NCBI GenBank assembly: GCA_031292235.1
Contig: JARLHM010000055.1
Span: 1 to 53,899, forward strand
From: Syntrophaceae bacterium
Lineage (GTDB): Bacteria; Desulfobacterota; Desulfomonilia; Desulfomonilales; Desulfomonilaceae
Reading direction: 5' to 3'
Length of the DNA stretch: 53,899 bases
Part shown: positions 20,472 through 30,043 of the stretch, one piece after another
Numbering within the stretch: the stretch's first letter is position 1
Layout: each line of letters opens with the position of its first letter
The notes under the pieces: model-generated
Seen by the model: the letters and a program-made list of their open reading frames with translations, nothing else
The model's database searches: none
What the model was told of the DNA's origin: nothing
Program-made: the position numbers and the translations under genes

Positions 20472-20670
20472 ATCTGGAACTCGGTAAGAGAGACAAAGAG
20501 ATAGCTGAGTTACATAAAACCCCGAATGAGGTTAAATGGGACAATAAGGCGGCAAATGGGAAATTGGACAGGATAACCGCAATATTGGAGGCTTTAACCT
20601 GAAAGATGGTCAAAGTTTAGGTTCAAAGACCCTGAAGCCGGAAAGTGGCCAGGACTCTAGATCGGTTAAG

Positions 20671-20961
20671 GTGACGCTGTTCGGACGAGAATATAGTGTT
20701 CGGGGCCGTGGGTCCGGAGACTATATCGAGAGGCTTGTAGAGTTTATCAATTCCCGATCCGAAGAGATCAGGGGAAAATCAGGAGTTGTGACCACAATTG
20801 ATCTCGCGATTCTCACGTTGCTCAACATCACGGATGAGCTTTTTGAATGTAGACAGTCGATTTCAGAACAAATCGAGAAAACGGAGGAAGAAGATTACGG
20901 TCTCTTAAAACCCGGTGATTTGGGAGAGACTGATTTAAAAATTCCCCTGCGCGGTTCGTGA
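20671..20961 (+). CDS. zapA: cell division protein ZapA (start probably upstream at CTG 20599)
   Basis: TLFGREYSVRG...YIERLVEFINSRSEEI...TIDLAILTLLNITDELF matches the ZapA pattern. In-frame upstream codons (..RSVKV) look like part of the protein, but no ATG/GTG/TTG is present there. Confidence 0.8.
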   Translation: MTLFGREYSVRGRGSGDYIERLVEFINSRSEEIRGKSGVVTTIDLAILTLLNITDELFECRQSISEQIEKTEEEDYGLLKPGDLGETDLKIPLRGS

Positions 20962-20997
20962 GGGATAGAGAATTTTTGAGCCAACACTCGAAAATTG

Positions 20998-21202
20998 GGA
21001 ACTGAACCCGATTGTGGTGTGCAAGCCTACCGTTGAAGTAGGAAGCCTGAAACAACCGCTAGGATCCCACCTGGGAAACCAGGTTCAAAAGTTCTATTGC
21101 CACGGCCGACTGCGGGGGATAAAAACAACGTAGATTGCATTTTGCTTTACACCCTACAACCGGGATGTGCTACGAAGCCTCTGGATGGCAGTTCAGGGTT
21201 CC
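20998..21202 (+). ncRNA. ssrS: candidate structured ncRNA, possibly 6S RNA (ssrS)
   Basis: It lies in a 359-nt non-coding gap directly downstream of zapA, which is the classical ssrS position. By-eye closing helices: 20998-21007 with 21191-21202, 21008-20 with 21149-63, and 21021-35 with 21126-38. Internal GNRA hairpin at 21070-83. Ends are not defined. Confidence 0.35.
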
Positions 21203-21320
21203 ATATATAGATTCAGTTTTCTAGAAATGCCTTGTTATCATAACCCTTTGGACACTTACGGTCATCGTCCCTCATCCGAAATGGTTTCTACGCTTCAAAC
21301 GTCCCGCTAAATAAAATGAT

Positions 21321-22895
21321 ATGGAGGGGGTTGTGGGATCGATTCCCTTTTTGATCTATGCCCTTGTCACAATAGTTTTGGGGCTCGGTGTCGGCTACGC
21401 CGTCGCTAGATTTCTGGACAAGAGGCGATTTGAATCAGCGAAATCCAGCGCTGACCAAATCGTCAAGAACGCCCAAAAAGAAGCGGAAACAATTGAGAAG
21501 GAAGCTCTGCTCCAGACTAAGGACCAGTTGTTTCAGGCTAGAGCGGAACTTGAGAATGAAATACGAGAAAGAAGATCCGAACTTTCTGCTAGAGAGGCTC
21601 GACTTCTCAAAAAGGATGAAAATCTTGAGAGAAAATCAAGCCAACTCGAACAGAAGGACGCCCAACTGGTCAAACACGAAAGAGAAATTGAAGCTGGGCA
21701 AAAAAGAACAAAGGATAAAGAGCGCGAGGCTGATAATCTTGTAAAAAGACAGCAGGAAAAACTGGAAGCTCTGGCTGGCCTTTCCACTGTGGAAGCCCGA
21801 GATATGCTGCTTAAGAAGGTTGAAGACGAAACCCGCATCGAGAGCGCCAGAATAATTAGGCAAATCGAAGAAGAAACCCTTGCCCAATCTGACAAGAAGG
21901 CCAAGGAAATAGTATCTACAGCCATTGGCAGGTACGCCGCTGATTTTATTGTGGAGAGAACCGTGTCGGTTGTGAATTTGCCAAACGAAGAAATGAAGGG
22001 CCGAATCATAGGCCGGGAGGGTAGAAATATCCGGGCTATTGAGGCTGCGACCGGGGTTGATCTCATCATTGACGATACACCGGAGGCTGTAATACTTTCA
22101 GGTTACAATTCTATCCGTCGAGAAATAGCCAGGATAGCTCTAGAAAGACTCGTTAACGATGGTCGAATTCATCCTGCCAGAATTGAGGAAATCGTAAAAA
22201 AGGTCACGCAAGAGATGGAAGACACCATCGTCGAAGCCGGGGAGCAGGCAAGTTTCGATGTTGGGGTCCATGGAATCAACCCTGAGTTGATCAAATTGGT
22301 TGGAAAACTCAAATACAGGACCTCTTTTGCGCAAAATGTGTATCAACATTCCATCGAGGTTGCTTTTCTTTGTGGTATTATGGCCGCTGAATTGGGTCTC
22401 AACCAGAAAAAGGCCAAGAGAGCGGGATTGTTGCACGATATTGGCAAGGCGATAGATCATGAGGTGGAAGGGGCCCACGCCATCATCGGCTCGGACATTG
22501 CCAGGAGATATGGAGAATCCCCTCTGATCGTGAACGCGATTGCCTCCCATCACGGGGATGAAGACCCTACTAGCGCCATAGCTGTCCTTGTTCAGGCGGC
22601 TGACACCCTCTCGGCGGCCAGGCCCGGCGCACGACGCGAAATGCTGGAAAACTATGTTAAAAGACTTGAAGATCTCGAGAGAATAGCCGATTCCTTCAAG
22701 GGAGTTAGTAAGTCGTTCGCTATTCAGGCTGGTAGGGAAATCAGGATCATTGTTGAGAACTCAAACATGCGCGATGAACACCTCACTTTGCTTGCCAGGG
22801 ACATTCGCAAGAAAATCGAAAAGGACTTGTCCTATCCCGGTCAAATTAAGATTGTCGTCATTAGAGAAAGTCGAGCCGTAGAATACGCCAGGTAG
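21321..22895 (+). CDS. rny: ribonuclease Y
   Basis: N-terminal TM helix, Lys/Glu-rich coiled coil, KH domain (GREGRNIRA) and HD domain (LLHDIGKA). Alternative GTG start at 21333 after GGAGG. Confidence 0.95.
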   Translation: MEGVVGSIPFLIYALVTIVLGLGVGYAVARFLDKRRFESAKSSADQIVKNAQKEAETIEKEALLQTKDQLFQARAELENEIRERRSELSAREARLLKKDENLERKSSQLEQKDAQLVKHEREIEAGQKRTKDKEREADNLVKRQQEKLEALAGLSTVEARDMLLKKVEDETRIESARIIRQIEEETLAQSDKKAKEIVSTAIGRYAADFIVERTVSVVNLPNEEMKGRIIGREGRNIRAIEAATGVDLIIDDTPEAVILSGYNSIRREIARIALERLVNDGRIHPARIEEIVKKVTQEMEDTIVEAGEQASFDVGVHGINPELIKLVGKLKYRTSFAQNVYQHSIEVAFLCGIMAAELGLNQKKAKRAGLLHDIGKAIDHEVEGAHAIIGSDIARRYGESPLIVNAIASHHGDEDPTSAIAVLVQAADTLSAARPGARREMLENYVKRLEDLERIADSFKGVSKSFAIQAGREIRIIVENSNMRDEHLTLLARDIRKKIEKDLSYPGQIKIVVIRESRAVEYAR

Positions 22896-22909
22896 TCATC
22901 GGAAGAAAC

Positions 22910-23623
22910 TTGCGCATAAACGACATAACTGAACTAGCGGATGAAGAATTGCTGGCGCTTACGGTATTCCCAGAGCTTGTCGGTGGACTTTCCCATGAAG
23001 TCGCTCAACCGTTAAACGCTATATCGTTGGCCTGTGAGGTTATTCGCTTTAAGGTCGAACGACTTGCCTTAAACGAAACCGATCTTAATTTTTTTCAAGA
23101 CAAGTTGGCCAGCATAAAGAACCAAGTAGTGAGGGCGGCGGACACAATTAACGGGATTCGACGCTATGGCTCCTGGTCTGTAAATTCTTCGACAATCGAT
23201 CTGGAAACTTCATTTCTCAGAGTTTGTAATCTTCTTCGACAGCAATTTGTTTCAAGGGGGATCGAATTCACTGTTCAAAACCGTAATAAAGGTTCGACGC
23301 CAACTCGAATTGACGCTGTTCTCCTCGACCTCACTATCGCTCAGTGTATCTTGTTTGCTAGAACTCGGGTCGAGTTCCTGGAATCCCGACACAGAGAGAA
23401 CAGCGTTCGTTACGACAAAAGGATAGAGGCCCAACTGGATTGTTCTCCCTGCGCAAACTCAATTGTGATAATGTGGAACCGTGGAACACTCCGGCTAAAA
23501 GACCTCGATGAATTTATTCCACCTCGCGTCAGGATCGGCTTGAGCGCTTCTAAAGGAATCATGGGCCGGTCGGGTGGGACAATGCAGATAGGTGAGGAAC
23601 GGATCTCCCTGGTTTTTCAATAA
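22910..23623 (+). CDS. orphan histidine-kinase-like protein with degenerate ATPase domain
   Basis: TTG start. H-box LSHEVAQPLNAI. The C-terminal half has the HATPase_c outline but lacks clear N, G1 and G2 boxes. No sensor or TM region. Confidence 0.6.
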   Translation: MRINDITELADEELLALTVFPELVGGLSHEVAQPLNAISLACEVIRFKVERLALNETDLNFFQDKLASIKNQVVRAADTINGIRRYGSWSVNSSTIDLETSFLRVCNLLRQQFVSRGIEFTVQNRNKGSTPTRIDAVLLDLTIAQCILFARTRVEFLESRHRENSVRYDKRIEAQLDCSPCANSIVIMWNRGTLRLKDLDEFIPPRVRIGLSASKGIMGRSGGTMQIGEERISLVFQ

Positions 23624-23781
23624 AAAGACTCAAAACCCCAAAGTTTAAGCTGACAATTCTTCTCCTGCGCCTCTAATTGTGATAAGATCCAAAAAAGTTT
23701 GGGCATAAGGGTAATCATACTGCGTCCCAAACGCCGGTGCGATTCATTTAGAATAGGTAGTTGGATACGGTGGAGGCATAA

Positions 23782-25056
23782 TTGCGCTGCGGTAGGATCC
23801 CTGCCATTAATCCCAAAAACCGAAGGCGATCCACTCTCGCAGGCTTCCTCAAGTTTTCTTTCTTGGGGGCCTTGCTGATTAATCTGGCCGGTTGTGGCGC
23901 TTCTTTGAATCTTGTAAAAAGGGATAATCTCAATCCATCTTCCCTATCCGGCACCATTGCAAAAGCATTTACCTTTGGGTCGGGAAAATCTTCCCAAGTG
24001 TCAAATAGGTCCGGCGTTTATCCTCCTATTCCTCTCGAAGCGAACGAACCACGAGTAAGAAAATTTCTTAGGGAATATGGATACGAGCACAGAAATACAA
24101 CTCGAAATTATCTAGCTCAAGCCCAAAAATTTCTACCCATGGTCAAGGAACAAACACGAGAGCATCATTTGCCTCAGGAGCTTGCCTATCTGTTTTTACT
24201 TGAATCAGGCGCTAACCCCGAAGCTAGGTCTCGTGCAAACGCGTTGGGCATGTGGCAATTTATGCCTGCCACGGCACGCACTTACGGTCTACGGGTCGAC
24301 AGTTACGTGGATGAGCGTCTTGATCCAGCAAAATCCACAAACGCCGCTTTACTCTATTTGAAGGATCTGTACGGCATGTTTGGTTGTTGGAGGCTTGCGC
24401 TAAGCGCCTATAACTCCGGAGAGAATAAACTAAACAGAGTGTTGTGCAAGGAAGACGCAAATGAATACGAGGATATTTGTTCCAGCCGTATGCTTAAACG
24501 CGAGACCAAGGAGTTCCTACCTCGTTTCCAGGCTATAACCATAATTGCAAAAAGCCCCGAAAAATACGGTTTTCAGCGAATAGTCTCAAAGAGATCTGAC
24601 GAAAAGCATGAACTTGCTCCGATACAAGGGAGTTATTCTCTGGACAGGCTGGCCCATATTTTGGGCATTTCGTATGCCGATTTGCTGGAACTTAATCCCG
24701 CTCTTGTGCGTGGGGTAACTCCGACTGACGGATCACCTTACTCTGTGAGAGTTCCCACCGGGAAAAAGGACATTCTGCTGGCCGGACTCAGAAACATCCC
24801 TGAAGATAAGCCGAAGAGCCAGATAATTCATGTTGTTAAAAGGGGGGACTCAGTAAAGGGGATCATAAGAAAATATGGGGTGCCAAAGGAGATGTTGGTT
24901 CAGCTCAATCCCGATGTGAATTTGTCCCGCAGGCTTAAGAAAGGCATTAAAATTACGGTCCCCAAGATCCCGGTTACAAAGAAGGTGGTGTCCAAGACAA
25001 ACGGGATTACGCCAAAAAATAGACCGAAACCGGGGACCTCAGCGAAAAAATCCTAA
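23782..25056 (+). CDS. mltD: lipoprotein lytic transglycosylase (SLT domain) with LysM repeats, MltD-like
   Basis: Lipobox LINLAGC, SLT catalytic motif LLESGANPEARSRANALGMWQFMP, and two LysM-like modules (SLDRLAHILGISYADLLELNP; VKRGDSVKGIIRKYGVPKEMLVQLNP). Confidence 0.85.
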   Translation: MRCGRIPAINPKNRRRSTLAGFLKFSFLGALLINLAGCGASLNLVKRDNLNPSSLSGTIAKAFTFGSGKSSQVSNRSGVYPPIPLEANEPRVRKFLREYGYEHRNTTRNYLAQAQKFLPMVKEQTREHHLPQELAYLFLLESGANPEARSRANALGMWQFMPATARTYGLRVDSYVDERLDPAKSTNAALLYLKDLYGMFGCWRLALSAYNSGENKLNRVLCKEDANEYEDICSSRMLKRETKEFLPRFQAITIIAKSPEKYGFQRIVSKRSDEKHELAPIQGSYSLDRLAHILGISYADLLELNPALVRGVTPTDGSPYSVRVPTGKKDILLAGLRNIPEDKPKSQIIHVVKRGDSVKGIIRKYGVPKEMLVQLNPDVNLSRRLKKGIKITVPKIPVTKKVVSKTNGITPKNRPKPGTSAKKS

Positions 25057-25083
25057 CCTCGTGGATAGTGATTTGGTACCGGT

Positions 25084-26286
25084 TCATGAACGATAATCAG
25101 CGTTTATCGCAACGTACTCCTCTGAGAGGTCGCATGTAAGAATCGTCGCATGGGCCGAACCGGTTTTCAAGTCTATTGATACCGAAAATTCTGGATAGCG
25201 CATCTCCTGCTTAGCCCGCGCTTCCCAGTCTCCGACTTCCAATATTCCGGATTTAACAATCTGAACTGAGCCAATCCAAAGATCAATCATTGATGGATCG
25301 AATTTAACTCCAGCCGATCCGGCTGCGCAAACGATTCTACCCCAATTTGGGTCTTCTCCGTGGAAAGCGGTTTTAACCAAAGGTGACTCCGCTATCCGTC
25401 TAGAAACCCGTGCCGCCGAGACTTCATCAGGAGCGCCGAATACTTTCACTTCGACAACCTTGGTAGCGCCTTCTCCGTCCTTAACAATCTGTCTCGCCAA
25501 ATTCGCGCAAACACTCAGCACACCTTGTGAAAACAGATCTCGATCTGTGTCATTGTCTAGGAGTCCTTTAGACTGATCTGATCCACCGGACATTACTATG
25601 GCAGTGTCATTTGTGCTAGTGTCCCCATCAACGGTAATTCTATTAAATGTCAAACTGTTAGCTCGCACGAAAACATTTCGAAGGTATGACTCCTCAACGC
25701 GCATGTTCACCAGGACAACAGCGAGCATTGTAGCCATGTTAGGCGCCATCATACCTGCTCCCTTGGCCATGCCTACAATCTTTAACGGACCGTTGCTGAG
25801 TCGTTTCTCGACCAATGCTGTTTTGGGAAAGGTGTCAGTAGTCAGAATGGCGGACGCTGCGTCAAGAAAAGCCGACGCGCTTATCAAAGCCGCCAATTCG
25901 GGAATTTTTGCGTTCATGCGATCTACTGGAAGAGGTTGACCAATGACCCCTGTAGACATTGGCACTACCAGTTCATGGGCAATCCCTAATCTATCCGCTA
26001 CGGATTTGGTCAGAAACAAAGCGTCAGCCAGACCTGAGTCCCCTGTGTACGCATTTGCGTTTCCAGAATTGATTAATAGCGCTTGAGAGATTCCCCTTTG
26101 GAGACACTCTCTTGTTATTGTAACCGGAGCGGCGCAAACGAGGTTGGTCGTTGTGACCCCAACAGTTATTGCGGGGCGCTCCGAGGCTATCAAAGCTAGA
26201 TCGAGTCGGTCGGAGTCCGCGTGTTTTATGCCTGCGCCTACCGCTGAAAATCTAAATCCTTCGATTTCAAATTTATCTATGCTCAA
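25084..26286 (-). CDS. argJ: bifunctional ornithine acetyltransferase / N-acetylglutamate synthase
   Basis: 400 aa with autoprocessing site PNMATMLAVV and KGAGMMAPN. Confidence 0.93.
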   Translation of the reverse strand: MSIDKFEIEGFRFSAVGAGIKHADSDRLDLALIASERPAITVGVTTTNLVCAAPVTITRECLQRGISQALLINSGNANAYTGDSGLADALFLTKSVADRLGIAHELVVPMSTGVIGQPLPVDRMNAKIPELAALISASAFLDAASAILTTDTFPKTALVEKRLSNGPLKIVGMAKGAGMMAPNMATMLAVVLVNMRVEESYLRNVFVRANSLTFNRITVDGDTSTNDTAIVMSGGSDQSKGLLDNDTDRDLFSQGVLSVCANLARQIVKDGEGATKVVEVKVFGAPDEVSAARVSRRIAESPLVKTAFHGEDPNWGRIVCAAGSAGVKFDPSMIDLWIGSVQIVKSGILEVGDWEARAKQEMRYPEFSVSIDLKTGSAHATILTCDLSEEYVAINADYRS

Positions 26287-26932
26287 TGCCCTGACCCCTT
26301 GGAAGTTTTCCGATTACCACCCCATATTCTCTTAGTCGCTCGGAGAGGGACTGAAAAGTAGTGAACTGTATGCCTACAATCCCCAATTTGCCGGCGGCTT
26401 GGATGTTTTCCATAATATCGTCAATAAATATTGCGTTTTCCGCGTTGATCCGGAACAGTTCCAATGCCTTAATGAAATACTGCGGTTGTGGCTTCCTCGT
26501 TCCCATTTTGTAGGACAAGGCCGCCTTTTCATAGAAGAGTAATTCAGGAAATTTTCCAGTAATGTATTCATAATGGGTTTCATCGGTATTGGACGCTAAC
26601 CACACGCCATATCGTCGCGCCAGTTCATGGCCGAGATTCACCATTTGATGATCAAGTCTAAATATGTCACACCAAATTCGCCGAAATTCTACCAGATCAG
26701 CGCTGAGACCAGTCCTCGACACAACTTCTCTATGAAATTCGTCGAATCTTATGGACCCGATCTCCAATGCCTCAATGAGATCACTTACTACTAGAGCGAA
26801 CGATTTGGGGTCATTTTCTGATTTGTCAGCGAGATCACGAGGAAGATATCTTAGTAACCTGATTACGGCAATGCGCCAATCAAAAGGAACCAGAACATTA
26901 CCGAGATCGAAGATAACATCTTTAACTAGCAT
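26273..26932 (-). CDS. HAD-superfamily hydrolase (YihX-like FDLGNV subfamily)
   Basis: VIFDLGNVLV motif I variant, SNT motif II, and FIDD motif IV. 14-nt overlap with argJ. Confidence 0.75.
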   Translation of the reverse strand: MLVKDVIFDLGNVLVPFDWRIAVIRLLRYLPRDLADKSENDPKSFALVVSDLIEALEIGSIRFDEFHREVVSRTGLSADLVEFRRIWCDIFRLDHQMVNLGHELARRYGVWLASNTDETHYEYITGKFPELLFYEKAALSYKMGTRKPQPQYFIKALELFRINAENAIFIDDIMENIQAAGKLGIVGIQFTTFQSLSERLREYGVVIGKLPRGQGIEHR

Positions 26933-26981
26933 GAGGTGTAACCCAGATAAAGGCTTGGAAGCTTACAAAACTGTTGCCGCT

Positions 26982-27419
26982 CTAAAATCTCGTGCGTCTC
27001 TGGACGCAATTGAAGTGATTCCGGATCTGACGCTCCCATTCATCGATAAAGGACGTCACAATTTCCTTAACCGGCATATTAGATTTGTCGGCCAGGCGCC
27101 GAACTGCCTTCCAGAAGTCCTTGATTGATGGGAGGATTTCATCCGTAACGCTAACCACAAGGGTATTTCCGCAGGAGCAGTTCCGGTAAATCATTGTAAA
27201 TGATTTGCCCATTATCTCTCCAGCGTCCTCCATAGACTGCGCCTTAGCTTCTGTGTCGTAAATGTAATGATACAGGCTCTCATATTTTTTGCCGCAAGTT
27301 CGGCATTTTTTCGGAAAAAGGTCCTTGTCGTTGTTTATCAACGAAAACTGTTGAATGAAGTCTTTGAAAACCATTTCACGAGTTCTTTCTGCGACCCGTG
27401 ATTCGGTTTCTTCTTCCAT
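26982..27419 (-). CDS. hypothetical protein with CxxC...CxC cluster
   Basis: 145-aa ORF with good coding appearance. CRTCGKKY ... CSCGN suggests a small zinc-binding module. Family not recognised. Confidence 0.5.
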   Translation of the reverse strand: MEEETESRVAERTREMVFKDFIQQFSLINNDKDLFPKKCRTCGKKYESLYHYIYDTEAKAQSMEDAGEIMGKSFTMIYRNCSCGNTLVVSVTDEILPSIKDFWKAVRRLADKSNMPVKEIVTSFIDEWERQIRNHFNCVQRRTRF

Positions 27420-27493
27420 GAATCCTCCGAAAAAATAGAACAGCGCCTGACAAATATATCACGACAACGCAAATGCTGGCTAATTTATTACTC

Positions 27494-28207
27494 CTAACCG
27501 TTGTGACGACGGAGCCATCTTTCGATTCGGCCACGTTGCGAGAAAACCAAAACGAATGCCAACGCGCAAACGACTGTAAGTGCTATGAGCAAAGTCCAAT
27601 CTTCCTCGAACACTGCGGAACCGCTCAAGCTTAGCATAATGGTTCCCGGAATTCGTCCAATAGCGCTGACCCAAAAAAATGTGATAACTCCCATAGGGCT
27701 TAACCCCAATATATAGGAAAGGATGTCCTTTGGAAAACCCGGGATGGCAAACAAGATTAGTGATATGGTCGCTCCACGCCTCTCAGTAAGAAAATGGAAC
27801 CTTTCAAGAGATTTCTCGCTTACAAAATATTTTACCAACGGCATACCTATAACTCTTGCCGCAAGAAAGGCCGCCATTGATCCGATGGACAATCCGATAG
27901 TAGAGTAGACTGTGTTGGGCAGGGCGCCGAATATGAATCCTCCAACTGCGCCGGTGAATTCTCCGGGGATTGGCGCGATGACGACCTGTAACGCTTGTAT
28001 CAATATGAAAACCACAGGCGCCGCCTTACCCCAATTTTCTACATAATTCCGAAGTGTGTCCCTGTTTTCAAAAATGGCGAACAACTCGGTTAGCATAGGG
28101 CTCAAACTACCTGATAGCCAGAGATAGAAACATGCTCCCGCCAAAAGAACCAAGCATGCCACGGCCAACCTCAACCTCACGGTGTCATCAATACTAACCT
28201 TTTTCAT
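27494..28207 (-). CDS. TVP38/TMEM64 (DedA-related) membrane protein
   Basis: 237 aa, multi-pass, with the characteristic LQVVIAPIPGEFTG re-entrant loop motif. 14-nt overlap with hflX. Confidence 0.8.
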   Translation of the reverse strand: MKKVSIDDTVRLRLAVACLVLLAGACFYLWLSGSLSPMLTELFAIFENRDTLRNYVENWGKAAPVVFILIQALQVVIAPIPGEFTGAVGGFIFGALPNTVYSTIGLSIGSMAAFLAARVIGMPLVKYFVSEKSLERFHFLTERRGATISLILFAIPGFPKDILSYILGLSPMGVITFFWVSAIGRIPGTIMLSLSGSAVFEEDWTLLIALTVVCALAFVLVFSQRGRIERWLRRHNG

Positions 28208-29888
28208 GGGTCAAGCTTGCTCCGGTAGCTCTGTTGTCATAGTATTCGATTTGCTTCAGCTTTATGTCTTGAAGGATTTTGTTTTCAACTTGTCCAATCA
28301 GCCCCTTGAAAGTCTCGGATCTTAACGCTGAGACAGCTACCCCATCGTACCGGGCGCACAAATTGCTCACAGTTTCAGAATCGGTCAAGTCGATTTTGTT
28401 GAACACGCGCATTATCGGCTTTTCCGAGAGTTCTAATCTATCAAGCAAATCCTCTACAGCCTCAAGTTGTTTCTCAACTTGAGGATTTGACGAATCTATT
28501 ACGTGAAGCAGAAGATCCGCGTCGGCCAATTCATCCAGTGTGGCTGCAAAGGCTTTTAGCAGTGTTTCCGGGAGATCTTTAATGAATCCGACTGTGTCAG
28601 TGATAATAACTTCGGTTTCACGCGGAAACCTCAACCTTCTACTCGTAGGATCTAACGTGGCAAAAAGTTTGTTTTCTACAAGGACCCTGGATTTAGTTAG
28701 ATTGTTCAATAGGGTAGACTTTCCGGCGTTGGTGTATCCGACAATCGAGATGATCGGGACGCTTCTCCTGGAGCGTAGGCTTCGTCTCAGCGACCTGGCC
28801 TTGGCAACCTGCTTGATCCGTCGTTCGAGAAACCCGATTCTACTATGAATTCTTCGCCGGTCGATTTCCAGTCGGGTTTCACCAGGACCACGTCCTCCGA
28901 TGCCACCAGTAAGTCTAGATAAAGCGTCGTCTTTTTCACTGAGCTTGGGCAGAGCGTATTTGAGTTGAGCAAGTTCAACTTGTAGTTTTCCTTCACTGGA
29001 CTTGGCCCTTTGGGCAAATATATCGAGAATAAGCTGTGATCGATCCAGGACTTTGATCTCTGTAAATTCTGAAATCGCTTTAACCTGAGGAGCTGTTAGC
29101 TCGGTGTCAAATACCAGGACATCAGCTCCCTTTTGTAAAGCGTCGATAACAATTTCTTTAAGTTTCCCTTTACCGACAACATAGTGGGGATCAACCGAAT
29201 CCCTACGTTGGATCGAAAAACCAACTACGTCCAAACCGCTAGAACTCGCTAGTTCTTTGAGTTCCTGTATAGATTCTTCTATTTCCCATGATCTTCGATC
29301 AATTTTGCCCACCAGAAAAGCCATCTCGTTTTGGGAACCGATCGAGCTGGAGTTGACCATCCTGTAGATTTCACCCTCGAGGGATTTTATGAAGGCAAGG
29401 AAGTCGAGATCAAGTTGAGAAGGAAAAGTTGGTTCCATGAGGCGCCATGCTTCCCCTTTAGGGTTTGGCGGTAAAAGATGCGCAATCTCTATGAGGGTAG
29501 GTAGTCCCACACTATCAACACCGACAGACGCAATGAGGTCAAGCCTCAGTAGGGCTAGATCTGTGAGGTCTTCGTGTGACAAGCGCTCGTTCTTCAAGTG
29601 CGTGTGAACCAGTCGGAGTCCTCTCAGGTGGCCGGCCCCGACACGCCAACCTGTCAACCGAGGTATAAGAATAGACCGGGCGTCTCCTACAATGATCTGC
29701 TGGAGTCTCCCCTTGCGATCTACGAGCAAACCGAGTTGCCGGTTAATCTCGAATGCAAGTTGAGTAAGACTCCGCGCTAATTCATGGGTTATTACGACAT
29801 TCGCCGGGACACGCCTTGTGGCAAATTTTTCTAACCGCGCTATTTGGGAGTGTTTTAGGCCCGAAGTTGATCCGGAAACAAAACTCAA
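28194..29888 (-). CDS. hflX: GTPase HflX with long N-terminal extension
   Basis: TTG start 6 nt after AGGAGG. HflX N-domain (GKLQVELAQLKY), G-domain VGYTNAGKSTLLN, DTVGF, NKID. 564 aa. Confidence 0.9.
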   Translation of the reverse strand: MSFVSGSTSGLKHSQIARLEKFATRRVPANVVITHELARSLTQLAFEINRQLGLLVDRKGRLQQIIVGDARSILIPRLTGWRVGAGHLRGLRLVHTHLKNERLSHEDLTDLALLRLDLIASVGVDSVGLPTLIEIAHLLPPNPKGEAWRLMEPTFPSQLDLDFLAFIKSLEGEIYRMVNSSSIGSQNEMAFLVGKIDRRSWEIEESIQELKELASSSGLDVVGFSIQRRDSVDPHYVVGKGKLKEIVIDALQKGADVLVFDTELTAPQVKAISEFTEIKVLDRSQLILDIFAQRAKSSEGKLQVELAQLKYALPKLSEKDDALSRLTGGIGGRGPGETRLEIDRRRIHSRIGFLERRIKQVAKARSLRRSLRSRRSVPIISIVGYTNAGKSTLLNNLTKSRVLVENKLFATLDPTSRRLRFPRETEVIITDTVGFIKDLPETLLKAFAATLDELADADLLLHVIDSSNPQVEKQLEAVEDLLDRLELSEKPIMRVFNKIDLTDSETVSNLCARYDGVAVSALRSETFKGLIGQVENKILQDIKLKQIEYYDNRATGASLTHEKG

Positions 29889-30043
29889 TAAAATCCTCCT
29901 GACTTAAGGAGTTCATGAAAATGGGTTAATAATATTGTGGGCGGAAAGTCGGACGTAATTGAGAAGCCCAACTTCCCATGCGGTTTGTTCGCTTGTTTAC
30001 GGCACGGCCCGAGGCCCGGCAGTGAGACCTTAACTTCCTTGAT

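Noticed and set aside
20176-20613. Two minus-strand ORFs (83 and 61 aa) in the fis-zapA gap
   Set aside because: They have low-complexity composition and no SD. The plus strand carries a consensus promoter, an SD and coiled-coil-like coding potential that explain the region better.
21533-22069. 178-aa and 83-aa minus-strand ORFs inside rny
   Set aside because: They are the Ser/Leu-rich mirror image of the Lys/Glu-rich coiled-coil coding region of RNase Y, so they are shadow ORFs.
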